The translations under genes were made by a program, and so were the position numbers. Below are positions 13,623-25,800 of a DNA stretch of 64,000 nt, piece after piece. Position 1 is the first letter of the stretch; each line of letters begins with the position of its first letter. The notes beneath the pieces are model-generated. The model was not told where the DNA came from. It saw only the letters and a program-made list of their open reading frames with translations, and ran no database searches. Origin of the DNA: the human T2T-CHM13v2.0 reference genome, Homo sapiens; the NCBI RefSeq assembly GCF_009914755.1, contig NC_060926.1, one strand, 5' to 3'.

Positions 13623-14796
13623 GCCTCAAAGCGGTCCAAATATCCACTTGCAGAGTCTACTAAAAGAGTATTTCAAAACTGCTCTATTATTAAGTATGTT
13701 CAAGTCTCTGAGTTGAATGCAAACAGCACATAGAAGTTTCTAAGAATGCTTCTGTCTAGTTTTTATGTGAAGATATTTCCTTTTCCACCATAGGCTTCAA
13801 AGCACTCCAAATGTCCACTTCCAGATTCTGCAAAGAGTGTTTCAAACCTGCTCTATCAAAAGAAAGGTTTAACTCTGTGAGTGGAATGCACACATCACAA
13901 AGATGTTTCTGAGAATTCTTCTGTCTACTTTTTATGTGACGATATTTCCCTTTCCACCATTGACCTCAAAGCACTTTAAATGTCCAGTTACAGATTCTAC
14001 AAAAGTGTGTTTCAAACCTGCTCTATGAAAAGTAAGGTTCAATTCTGTGATTTTAATGCACACAAGACAAAGAAGTTTCAGAGAAAGCTTCTGTCTAGTG
14101 ATTATGTGAAGATATTCCCGTTTCCATAGAATGCCTCAAAGCGGTCCAAATATCCATTGCAGATTCTACAAAAAAAGTGTTTCAAAAGTGCTCTATGAAA
14201 AGGAAGTTTCAGCTCTGTGAGTTGAATGCAAACATCACTAAGAAGTTTCTGAGAATGCTTCTGTCTAGTTTTTATGTGAAGATATTTCTTTTTGCACCAC
14301 AGGCCTCAAAGCTCTCCAAATGTCCATTTGTACATTCTATAAAGTGAGTGTTTCAAACCTGCTCTTTGAAAAGAAAGTTTCAACTCTGTGAGTTGAATGC
14401 ACGCATCAAGAAGAAGATTATGAGAATGCTTCTGTTGAATGTTTATGTGAAGATATTCCCATTTCCAACGAAGACCTCCTAGAGGTCCAAATATCCACTT
14501 GCAGATTCTACTAAAAGAGTGTTTCAAAACTGCTCAATGATAAAGTATGTCCAATTCTGTGAGTTAATGCAAATATCGCAAATAATTTCTGAGAATGCTT
14601 CTGTCTAGTTTTTATGTGAAGATATTTCCTTTTCAACCATAGGCCTCAAAGCGCTTCAAATGTCCACTTGTAGATTCTGCAAAAAGTGTGTTTCAAAACT
14701 GCTCTACCAAAAGAAAGGTTCATCTCTGTGAGTTGAATGCACACATCATACAGAAGTTTCTGAGAATGCTGCCGTCTAGTTTTTATGTGAAGATAT

Positions 14797-14813
14797 TCCC
14801 GTTTGCAACGAAG
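14797..14813 (-). promoter_or_regulatory. CENP-B box (core intact)
   Basis: tcccgtttgcaacgaag; change is at a non-essential position. Confidence 0.8.
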
Positions 14814-15304
14814 GCCTCAAAGCGTTCCAAATTATCCACTTGCAGACTCTACTAAAAGAGTGTTTCAAAACTGCTCTATAAGATATCTCCCACTCTGTGA
14901 GTTGAAGGCAAACATCACAAAGAAGTTTCTGAATGCTTCTCTCTAGTTTTTATGGGAAGATATTTCTTTTTCCACCATAGGCCTCAAAGTGCTCCAAATG
15001 TCCATTGCAGATGCTACAGAAAGAGTGTCTCAAACCTGCTCTTTCAAAAGAAAGCTTCAACTCTGTCAGTTGAATGCACACATCAGAAAGAAGATTCTGA
15101 GAATGCTTCTGACTAGTTTTTATGTGAAGATATTTCCTTTTCCACCATAGGCCCCAAAGGGTTCCAAATGTCCACTAGCATATTCTGCAAAAAGAGTGTT
15201 TCAAACCTGCTCTATCAAAAGAAAGGTTCAACTCTGTGAGTTGAATGCACACATCACACAGAAGTTTCTGAGAATTCTTCTGTCTAGTGCTTATGTAAAT
15301 ATCT

Positions 15305-15321
15305 TCCCGCTTCCAACGAAG
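15305..15321 (-). promoter_or_regulatory. CENP-B box
   Basis: tcccgcttccaacgaag, matches YTTCGTTGGAARCGGGA on the minus strand. Confidence 0.9.
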
Positions 15322-16326
15322 GCCTCAAAGCGGTCCAAATATCCTCTTGCCGATTCTAAAAAAAGAGTGTTTCAAACATGCCCTATCAAAAGAAAGGTTC
15401 AACTCTGTGCATTGAATGTACACATCACAAAGAAGTTTCTGAGAATGCTCCTGTCTAGTTTTTATGTGAAGATATTCTCGTTTCCAACGAAGGCCTCAAA
15501 GTGTTCCAAATATCCACTTGCAGATTCTACTAAAGAGTGTTTCAAAACTGCTCTATGATAAAGTATTTTCAACTCTGTGAGTTGAAGGCAAACATCGCAA
15601 ATGACTTTCTGAGAATGCTTCCGTCTAGTTTTTATGGGAAGATATTTCCTTTTCCACCGTAGGCCTGAAAGCGCTCCGAATGTCCACTTGCAGATTCTGC
15701 AAAAAGAGTGTTTCAAACCTGCTCTATCAAAAGAAAGCTTCAAGTCTGTGAGTTGAATGTACACATCACAAGGAAGTTTCTGAGAATGCTTCTGTCTAGT
15801 GTTTATGTGAAGATATAACCGATTCCAACGAAGGCCTCAAAGCTCTCCAAATTTCCACTTGCAGTTTCTGCAAAAAGAGTGTTTCAAAACTGCTCTGTGA
15901 AATGGTATGTTCAACTCTGTGAGTTGAATACAAACATCACAAAGAAGTTTCTGAGAATCCTTCTGTCTAGTTTCTATGGGAAGATATTTCCTTTTCCACC
16001 TTAGGCCTCAAAGCGCTCCAAATGTCCACTTGCAGATTCTACAAAGAGTGTTTCAAACCTGCTCTCTCAAAAGAAAGTTTCAACTCTGTGAGTTGAAGGC
16101 ACACATCACAAAGAAGTTTGTGAGAATGCTTCTGTCTAGTGTTTATGTGAATATATTTCCGTTTCAAATGAAGGCCTCAAAGCAGTAGAAATATCCACTT
16201 GCAAATTCTCCAAACGACTGTTTCAAAACTGCTCTATCAAAAGAAAGGTTCAACTCTGTGAGTTGAATGTACACATCGCAAAGAAGTTAATGAGAATGCT
16301 GCTGTCTAGTTTTTATGTAAAGATAT

Positions 16327-16343
16327 TCCCGTTTCCAACGAAG
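16327..16343 (-). promoter_or_regulatory. CENP-B box
   Basis: tcccgtttccaacgaag, canonical. Confidence 0.9.
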
Positions 16344-19057
16344 GCCTCAAAGCAGTCCAAATATCCACTTACAGTTTCTAATAAAAGAGTGTTTCAAAAC
16401 TGCTTTATCATAAGGTATGTTCAACTCTGTGAGTTGAATGCAAACATCACAAAGAAGTTTCCGAGAATACTTCTGTCTAGTTTTTATGTGAACATATTTC
16501 CTTTTCCACCATAGGCCTCAAAGTGCTCCAAAGGTTCACTTACGGATTCTACAAAAACAGTGTTTCAAACCTGCTCTGTCAAAAGAAAGGTTCAACACTG
16601 TGAGTTGAATGCACACAACACAAAGAAGTTTCTGAGAATGCTTCTGTCTAATTTTTATATAAGGATATTCCCATTTGCAATGAAGGCCACTAAACGGTCA
16701 AAATATCCACTTGTAGATTCTAGTAAAAGAGTGTATCAAAACTGCTCTATGATAAAGTATGTCCAACTCTGTGAGTTCAATGTAAACATCACAAAGAAGT
16801 TTCTGAGAACGCTTCTGTCTAGTTTTTATGTGAAGATATTTCCTTTTCCACCATAGGCCTCAAGGCGCTCCAAATGTCCACTTGCAGATTCTGCAAAAAG
16901 AGTGTTTCAAAACTCCTGTAACAAAAGAGAGGTTCAACTCTGTGAGTTGAATGTACAGATTACAAAGAAGTTTCTGAGAATAATTCTGTCTAGTGTTTAT
17001 GTGACGATATTCCAGTTTCCAATGAAGTCCTCAAAGAGCTTCAAATATCCACTTGCAGATTCTATGAAAAGAGTGTTTCAAAACTGCTCTATCAAAAAAA
17101 AGGTTCAACTCTGTCAGTTGAATGCAACCATCACAAAGAAGCTTCTGAGAATGCTTCTGTCTAGTTTTTATGTGAAGATATTTCCTTTCCCAGCTTAGGC
17201 CTCAAAGCTCTCCAAATTTCCACTTGAAGATTCTACAAAATGATGGTTTCAAAACTGCTCTATGATAAGGTATGTTCAACTCCGTCAGTTGAAGGCAAAC
17301 ATCACAAAGATGTTTCTCAGAATTATTCTCTCTAGTTTTTATGGGAAGATATTTCCTTTTCCACCACAGGCCTCAAAGCGCTCCAAATGTCCACTTGCAG
17401 ATTCTACAAAAAGAGTGTTTCAAATCTGCTCTATCAAAAGAAAGGTTCATCTCTGTGAGTTGAATGCACACATCACAAAGAAGTTTCTGAGAATGCTTCT
17501 GTTTAGTGTTTATGTGAGATATTCCTGTTTCCAATGAAGGACTTAAAGGGGTCCAAATATCCTCTTGCAGATACTACGAAAAGAGTGTTTAATGTCTGCT
17601 TTATCAAAAGAAAGGTTCAACTCTGTGAGTTGAATGCACACATCACAAAGAAGTTTCTGAGAATGCTTCTGTCTAGTTTTTATGTGAAGATATTTCGTTT
17701 TCCACCATAGGCCACAAAGCTCTCCAAAAGTCCACTGACAGATTCTACAAAAAGAGTGTTTCAAAGCTGCCCTATCAAAAGAAAGTTTCAACTCTGTGAG
17801 TTGAATGTACACATCACAAAGAAGTTTCTGAGAATGCTGCTAATTTGTATGTGAAGATACTCCTGTTTCTAATGAAGGCCTCAAAAAGTTCCAAATATCC
17901 ACTTCCAGATTCAACTAATAGATTGTTTCAAAACTGCTCTATCATAAGGTATGTTCAACTCTGTGAGTTGAAGGCAAACATAATTAAGAAGTTTCTGAGA
18001 ATGTTTCTGTCTAGTTTTTATTGGAAGATATTTCCTTTTCCACCGTAGAGCTTAAAGCGCTCCAAATGTCCACTTGCAGATTATACCAAAAGAGTGTTTC
18101 AAACCTGCTCTATCAAAAGAAATTTTCAACTCTGTGAGTTGAATGCATACATCACAAAGAAGTTACTGAGAATTTTTCTGTCTGGTTTTTATATAAAGAT
18201 ATTACCTTTTCCACCATAGGCCTCAAAGCTCTCTAAATATCCGCTCGCAGATTCTACAAAAAGAGTGTTTGAAAGCTGCTCTATGATAAGGTATGTTCAA
18301 CTCTGTGAGTTGAATGCACACCTCACAAAGAAGTTTCTGGGAATGATTCTGTCTAGTGTTTATATAAAGATATTCCCGTTTCCAAAGAAGGCCTCAAAGC
18401 AGACCAAATATCCAATTGCAAATTCTACAAAAAGAGTGTTTCAAAGCTTCTCTATCAAAAGAAATGTTCAACTCTGTGAGTTGAATGCACACATCACAAA
18501 AAAGTTTCTGAGAATGCTTCTGTCTAGAGTTTATGTGAAGATATACCCATTTCCAACGAAGACCTCAAACTGGTCGAAATATCCACATGCAGATTCTACA
18601 AAAAGGGGTTTCTTAAACTGCTCTATAAAAAGAAAGGTTCAACTCTGTGACATGAATGTACACTTCACAAAGTAGTTTCTGAGAAAGCTTCTATCTAGTG
18701 ATTATCTGAAGATATTCCCATTTCCAACAAATGCCTCAAAGCGGTCCAAATATCCACTTGCAGATTCTACTAAAAGAGTGTGTCAAAACTGCTCTATGAT
18801 AAAGTATCTTCAACTCTGTGAGTTGAATGCAAACATCACAAAGAAGTTTCTGAGAATGATTCTGTCTATATTTTATGTGAGGATATTTCCTTTTTGACCA
18901 TAGGTCTCAAAGCTCTCCTAATGTCCACTTGCAGATTCTACAAAAACAGTGTTTCAAAACTGCTCTATCAAAAGAAAGGTTCAATTCTGTGAGTTGAATG
19001 CACACAGCACAAAGAAGTTTCTGAGAAAACTTCTCTCTAGAGATTATGTGAAGATAT

Positions 19058-19074
19058 TCCCGTTTCCAACGAAA
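19058..19074 (-). promoter_or_regulatory. CENP-B box
   Basis: tcccgtttccaacgaaa. Confidence 0.9.
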
Positions 19075-19569
19075 ACCTCAAAGCGGTCCAAATATCCACT
19101 CACAGATTCTACTAAAAGAGTGTTTCAAAACTGCTCTATGATAAAGTGTGTCCAACTCTGTGAGTGGAATGCTAACATCACAAAAAAGTTTCTGAGAATG
19201 CTTCTGTCTAGTTTTTATGTGAAGATATTTCCTTTTCCACCATAGGCCTCAAAGCGCTTCAAATGTCCACTTGCAGATTAGGCAAAAAGAGTGTTTCAAA
19301 CCTGCCCTATCAAAAGAAAGGTTCAACTCTGTGAGTTGAATTCGCACGTCACAAAGAAGTTTCTGAGAATGCTTCTGTCTAGTGATTATGTGAAGATATC
19401 CCATTTCCAACGAATGCCTCGAAGCAGTCCAAATATGCAGTTGCAGATTCTACAAGAAGAGAGTTTCAAAACTGCTCTATCAAAAGAAAGGTTCAACTCT
19501 GTGAGTTGAATGTACACCTCACAAAGAAGTTTCTGAGAATGCTTCTCTCTAGTTTTTATGTGAAGATAT

Positions 19570-19586
19570 TCCCGTTTCCAACGAAG
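19570..19586 (-). promoter_or_regulatory. CENP-B box
   Basis: tcccgtttccaacgaag, canonical. Confidence 0.9.
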
Positions 19587-19869
19587 GCCTCAAGGCTTTC
19601 CATATATCCACTTGCAGATTCTACTAAAAGAGTGTTTCAAAACTGCTCTATGATAAGGTATGTTCAACTCTGTGCGTTGAAGGCAAACATCACAAAGAAG
19701 TTTCTGAGAATGCTTCTTTCTATTTTTTATGGGAAGATATTTATTTTTCCACCATAGGCCTCAAAGCGCTTCAAATGTCCACTTGCAGATTCTGCAAAAA
19801 GTGTGTTTCAAACCTGCCCTATCAAAAGACAGGTTCAACTCTGTGAGTTGAATTCGCACGTCACAAAGA

Positions 19870-22800
19870 AATTTCTCAGAATTCTTCTGTCTAGTTTTTA
19901 TCTGAAGATATTTCCTTTTCCACCATAGACCTCAAACTGCTCCAAATGTACACTTGCAGATTCTACAAAAAGAGAGTTTCAAAACTGCTCAATCAAAAGA
20001 AATGTTTAACTCTGTGAGATGAATGCACACATCATAAAGTACTTTGTCAGACTGCTTTTATCTAGATTTTCTGTGAAGATATTTCCTTTTCTACCAGAGG
20101 TCACAAAGCGCTCCAAATGTCCACTTGCATATTCTACAAAAAGAGTGCTTCCAAACTGCTCAATCAAAAGAAAGGTTCAACTCTTTGAGATGTACGCACA
20201 AATCACAAAGAAGTTTCTCAGAATTTTTCTGTCTAGTTTCTATGTGAAAATATTTACTTTTCCACTGTAGGCCTCAAAGCGCTCCAAATGTCCACTTGCA
20301 GATTTTACAAAAAGAGAGTTTCAAGACAGCTCAATCAAAAGAAAGTTTTAACTCTGTGAGATGAATGCACACATCACAAAGAAGTTTCTCAGATTCATTC
20401 TATCTAGATTTTATGGGAATATATTTCCTTTTCTAACATAGGCTGCAAAGCGCTCCAAATGTCCACTTGCAGATTCCACAAAAAGAGTGTTTCCAAACTG
20501 CTTAATCAAAAGAAAGGTTCAACTCTGTGAGATAAACGCATGCATCACAAAGAAGTTTCTCCAAATTCTTCTGTGTAGTTTTGATGTGAAAATATTTCCT
20601 TTTCCTCCACAGGCCTCAAAGCGCTCCAAATGTTAACATGCAGATTCTACAAAAAGAGAGATTCAAAACTGCTCAATCAAAGCAAACGCTTAACTCTTTG
20701 AGATCAGTGCACACATCACAAAGAAGTTTCTAAAAATGCTTCTGTCTAGTTTTTATGTGAAGATATTTCGTTTTCCACCGTAGGCCTCAAAGCACTCCAA
20801 ATGTCCACTTGCACATTCAACAAAAAGAGAGTTTCAAAACTGCTCAATCAAAAGTAAGAGTTAACCCTGTGAGATGAATACACACATCCCAAAGAAGTTT
20901 CTCAGATTGCTTCTGTCTAGATTTTATGTGGAGCTATTTCCTTTTCTAACATAGGCTGCAAAGTGCTCCAAATGCTCACTTAGAGAATCTACAAAAAGAG
21001 TGTTTCAAAAATTCTCAATCAAAAGAAATGTTCAACTCTGTGAGATGAATGCACACATCACAAAGAAGTTTCTCAGAGTTCTTCTGTCTAGTTTTTATGT
21101 GAAGATATTTCTTTTTCCACCATAGGCCTCAAAGCACTCCAAATGTCCATCTGCAGATTCTACAAAAAAAGAGTTTCAAAACTGCTCAATCAAAAGAATG
21201 CTTTAACTCTGTGAGATGAATGCACACATCACAAAGAAGTTTCTCACATTGGTTCTGTCTAGATTTTATGTGAAGATATTTCCTTTTCTACCAAAGGCCG
21301 CAAAGCGATCAAAATGTCCCCTTGCAGATTCTACAAAAAGATTGTTTCCAAACTGCTCAATCAAAACAAAATTTAAACTTGGTAAGATGAACGTGTGCAT
21401 CACAAAGAAGTTTCTTAGAATTCTTCTGTCTAGTTTTTATGTGAAAATATTTCCTTTCCTACTGTAGGCCTCAAAGCACTCAAAATGTCCACTTGCAGAT
21501 TCTACAAAAAGAGAACTTCAAAACTACTCAACCAAAAGAAAGGTTTAACTCTGTGAGATGAATGCACATATCACAAAGAAGTTTCTGAGATTGCTTCTGT
21601 CTAGATTTTATGTGACGGTATTTCCTTTTCTACCAGAGGCACCAAAGCACTCCAAAAGTCCACTTGCAGATTCTACAAAAAGAACGTTTCTAAATTGCTC
21701 AATCAAAAGGAAGGTTCAACTTTGTGAGATAAACGCATACATCACAAAGGAGATTCTCAGAATTCTTCTGTCTAGTGTTTATGTGAAGATATTTCCTTTT
21801 CCACCATAGGCCTCAAAAAGATCCAAATGTCCACTTGCAAATTCTACAAAAAGAGTGTTTCAAAACTGCTCAGTCAAAAGAAAGGTTGAAATCTGTGAGA
21901 TGAATGCACACATGCCAAAGAAGTTTCTCAGATTCCTTCTGTCTAGATTTTTTGTGAAGATATTACCTTTTCTACCATAGTCTGCATAGCGCTGCAAATG
22001 TCCACTTGCAGAATCTCCAAAAAGAGTGTTTCCAAACTGATGTATCAAAAGAAAGTTTCAACTCTTTGAGATGAAGGCACACATCACAAAGAAGTTTCTC
22101 AGAATTCTTCTGTCTAGTTTTTCTGTGCAGATATTTCAACTATAGGCCCAAAAGCGCTACAAATGTCCACTTGCAGATTCTACAAAAAGAAAGTTTCAAA
22201 ACTTCTCAATCAAAAGAAAGTTTTAACTCTGTGAGATGAATACACACATCACAAAGAAGTTTCTTAGATTGCTTCTGAGTAGATTTTATGTGAAGATATT
22301 TCCTTTTCTACCATTGGCCGCAAAGCGCTCCAAATGTCCATTTGAAGATTCTACAAAAAGAGTGTTTCTAAACTGCTGAAGCAAAAGAAAGGTTCAAATC
22401 TGTGAGATAAACACACACATCACGAAGAAGTTTCTCAGAATTCTTGTCTAGTTTTTATGTGGAGTTATTTCCTTTTCCACCATAAGCCTCTAAGCGCTCC
22501 AAATTTCCACTACCACATTCTACAAAAAGAGAGTTTGAAAACTGATCAATCAAAAGAAAGGTTTAACTCTGTGAGATGAATGCACGAAACACAAAGAAGT
22601 TTCTCAAATTGCTTCTGTCTAGATTTTATGTGAAGATGTTTCCTTTTCTACCAAAGGCCGCAAAGTGCTCAAAATGTCCCCTTGCAGATTCTACAAAAAG
22701 ATTGTTTCCAAACTGCTCAATCAAAACAAAGGTTCAACTCGGTGAGATGAACACGTGCATCACAAAGAAGTTTCTCAGAATTCTTCTGTCTAGTTATTAT

Positions 22801-25800
22801 GTGAACGTATTTCCTTTTCCACCATAGGCCGCTAAGGCGCTCCAAATGTCTACTTGCAGATTCTACAAAAAGAGTGTTTCCTAACTGCTCAATCAAAAGA
22901 AAGGTTCAACTCTGTGAGATGAACGCACACATCACAAAGAAGTTTCTCAGAATTCTTCCGTCTACTTTTTATGTGAAGATATTTCCTTTTCCACTGTAGG
23001 CCTCAAAGCGCTCCAAATGTCCACTTACAGATTCTCCAAAAAGAGTGTTTCAAAACTCCTCAATCAAAAGAAAGGTGTAACTCTTTGAGGTGAATGCACA
23101 CATCACAAAGGAGTTTCTGAAGATTGCTTCTGTCTAGATTTTATGTGAAGATATTTCCTTTCCTGCCATAGGCCACAAAGCACTCCAAATGTCCATTTGC
23201 AGATTCTACAAAAAGTGTTTCCATAATGCTCAATCAAAAGATAGTTTCAATTTTGTGAGATGAATACACACATCAGAAAGAAGTTGCTCAAAGTTCTTCT
23301 GTCTAGTTTTTATGTGAAGTTATTTCATTTTCCAGCATAGGCCTCAAGGCACTCGAAATGTCCACTTCCAGATTCTACAAAAACGACATTTCAAAACTGG
23401 TCCATCAAAAGAAAATTTCAACTTTGTGAGATGAATGCATACATCACAGAGAAGTTTCTCAGAGTGCTTCTATCTAGTTTTTATGTGCAGATATTTCTTT
23501 TTCCACCATTGGCCTCAAGGCGCTTGAAATGACCACTTGCAGATTCTACAAAAAGAGTATTTCAAAACTGGTCCATCAAAAGAAAGCCTCAACTCTTGAG
23601 ATGAATGCATACATCACAAAGAAGTTTCTAAGAATGCTTCTATCTAGTTTTTATGTGAAGATATTTCCTTTTCCACCATAGGCCCCAAAGTGCTCCAAAA
23701 GTCCACTTGAAGATGCTACAAAAAGAGAGTTTCAAAACTGCTCAATCAAAAGAAAGGTTCAACACTGCGAGATGAATGCACACATCACAAAGATGATTCT
23801 CAGATTGCTTCTGTCTAGATTTTATGTGAAGGTATTTCCTTTCCTAGCATTGGCAGCAAAGCGATCCAAATGTCCACTTGAAGATTCTACAAAAAGATTG
23901 TTTCAAAACTGCTCAATCAAAAGAAAGTTTCAGCTCTGTGAGATGTATGCCCGCATCACAATGAAGTTTCTCAAAATTTTTCGGTCTAGTTTTTATACGA
24001 AGATATTTCCTTTTCCACCTTAGGCCTCATGGCACTCGAAATGTCCACTTGTAGATTCTACAAAAAGCGTATTTCAAAACTGATCCTTCAAAAGAAACAT
24101 TCAACTCTAGGAGATGAATGCGCACATCACACAGAACATTCTGAGATTGTTTCTGTCTAGATTTTATGTGAAGATATTTCCTTTTCTACCATAGGCTGCA
24201 AAGGGCTCCAAATGTCCACTTGCAGATTCTACAAAAAGAGTGGTTTCAAATTATTCAATCAAAAGAAAGATTTAACTCTGTGAGATGATCCCATGCATAA
24301 AAAAGAAGTTTCTCAGAATTCTTCTGTCTAGTTTTTATGTGAATATATTTCCTTTTCCAACACAGGCCTCAAAGTGCTGCAAATGTCCACTTGCAGATTT
24401 TACAAAAAGAGAGTTTCAAAACTGCTCATTCAAAAGAAAGGTTTAACTCTGTGAGATGAATGCACATATCACAAAGAAGTTTCACAGATTGCTTCTGTGT
24501 AGATTTTATGTGAAGATATTTCCTTTTCTACCATAGGCCGCAAAGCACTCCAAATGTCCACTTGTAGTTTCTACAAAAAGAGTGTTTCCAAACTGCTGAA
24601 TTAAAAGAAAGGTTCAACTCTGTGAGATGAACGCAAGCATCACAAAGAAGTTTCTCAGAATACTTCTGTCTAATTTTTATGTGAAGATATTTCATTTTCC
24701 ATCATTGGCCTCAAGGAACTTGAAATGTCCACTTGAAGATTCTATGAAAAGAGGATTTCAAAACTGCTCCAACAAAAGAATGGTTTATCTCTGGGAGATG
24801 AATGCACACACAACAAAGAAGTTTCTCAGAATGCTTCTATCTAGTTTTTATGTGAAGATATTTCCTTTTCCACCATAGGAGTCAAAGCGCTACAAATGTC
24901 CACCTGCAGATTATATAAAAAGAGAGTTTCAAAACTGCACAATCAGAAGGAAGGTTTAACTCTGTGAGTTGAATGCACACATCACAAGGAAGTTTCTCTG
25001 ATTGCTTCTGTCTAGATTTTTTGTGAATATATTTCCTTTTCAACCGTAAGCCGCAAAGCACTACAAATGTCCCCTTGCAGATTCTACAAAAACAGTGTTT
25101 TCATACTGCTCAATCAAAAGAAAGGTTCAACTCTGTGAGATGAAAGAAGTTTCTCAGAATTCTTCTGTCTAGTTTTCATGTGAAGATATTTCCTTTTCCA
25201 CCATAGTCCTCAAAGTGCTCCAAATGTCCACTTGCAGATTCTACAAAAAGAGAGTTTCAAAACTGCTCAATGAAAAGAAAAATTTAACTCTGTGAGATGA
25301 ATGCATACATCACAAAGAAGTTTATCAGATTGCTTCATCTAGATTTAATGTGAAGATATTTCCTTTTCTACCATAGACAACAAAGTGCTCCAAATGTCCA
25401 CTTGCAGATTCTACAAAAAGAGTGTTTCTAAACTGCTGAATCAAAAGAAATGTTAAACTCTGTGAGATGAACGCACACATCACAATAGCTTTTCAGAATT
25501 TCTCTGTCTAGTTTTTATCTGAAGATATTACCTTTTCCACAGTAGGCCTCAAAGCACTCCAAATGTCCACTTGCATATTCCACAAAAAGAGAGTTTCTAA
25601 ACTGCTCTATCAAAAGAAACGTTTAACTCTGTGAGATGAATGTACACATCACAAAGAAGTATCTCAGACTGCTTCTGTCTAGATATTATGTAAAGATGTT
25701 TCCTTTTCTACCATAGGACACAAAGCACTCCAAATGTCCCCTTGCAGATTCTGGAAAAAGAGTGTTTCCGAACTGCTCAATCAAAAGAAAGTTTCAACTC

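Larger units (their letters stand above)
8880..19870 (-). repeat. Alpha-satellite sub-block, irregular A/B alternation (SF5-like) carrying CENP-B boxes
   Basis: Many B-type monomers. Core-intact boxes (NCCCGNNTNNNNCGAAN on +) start at 10358, 11381, 13095, 13606, 14797, 15305, 16327, 19058 and 19570. Confidence 0.8.
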
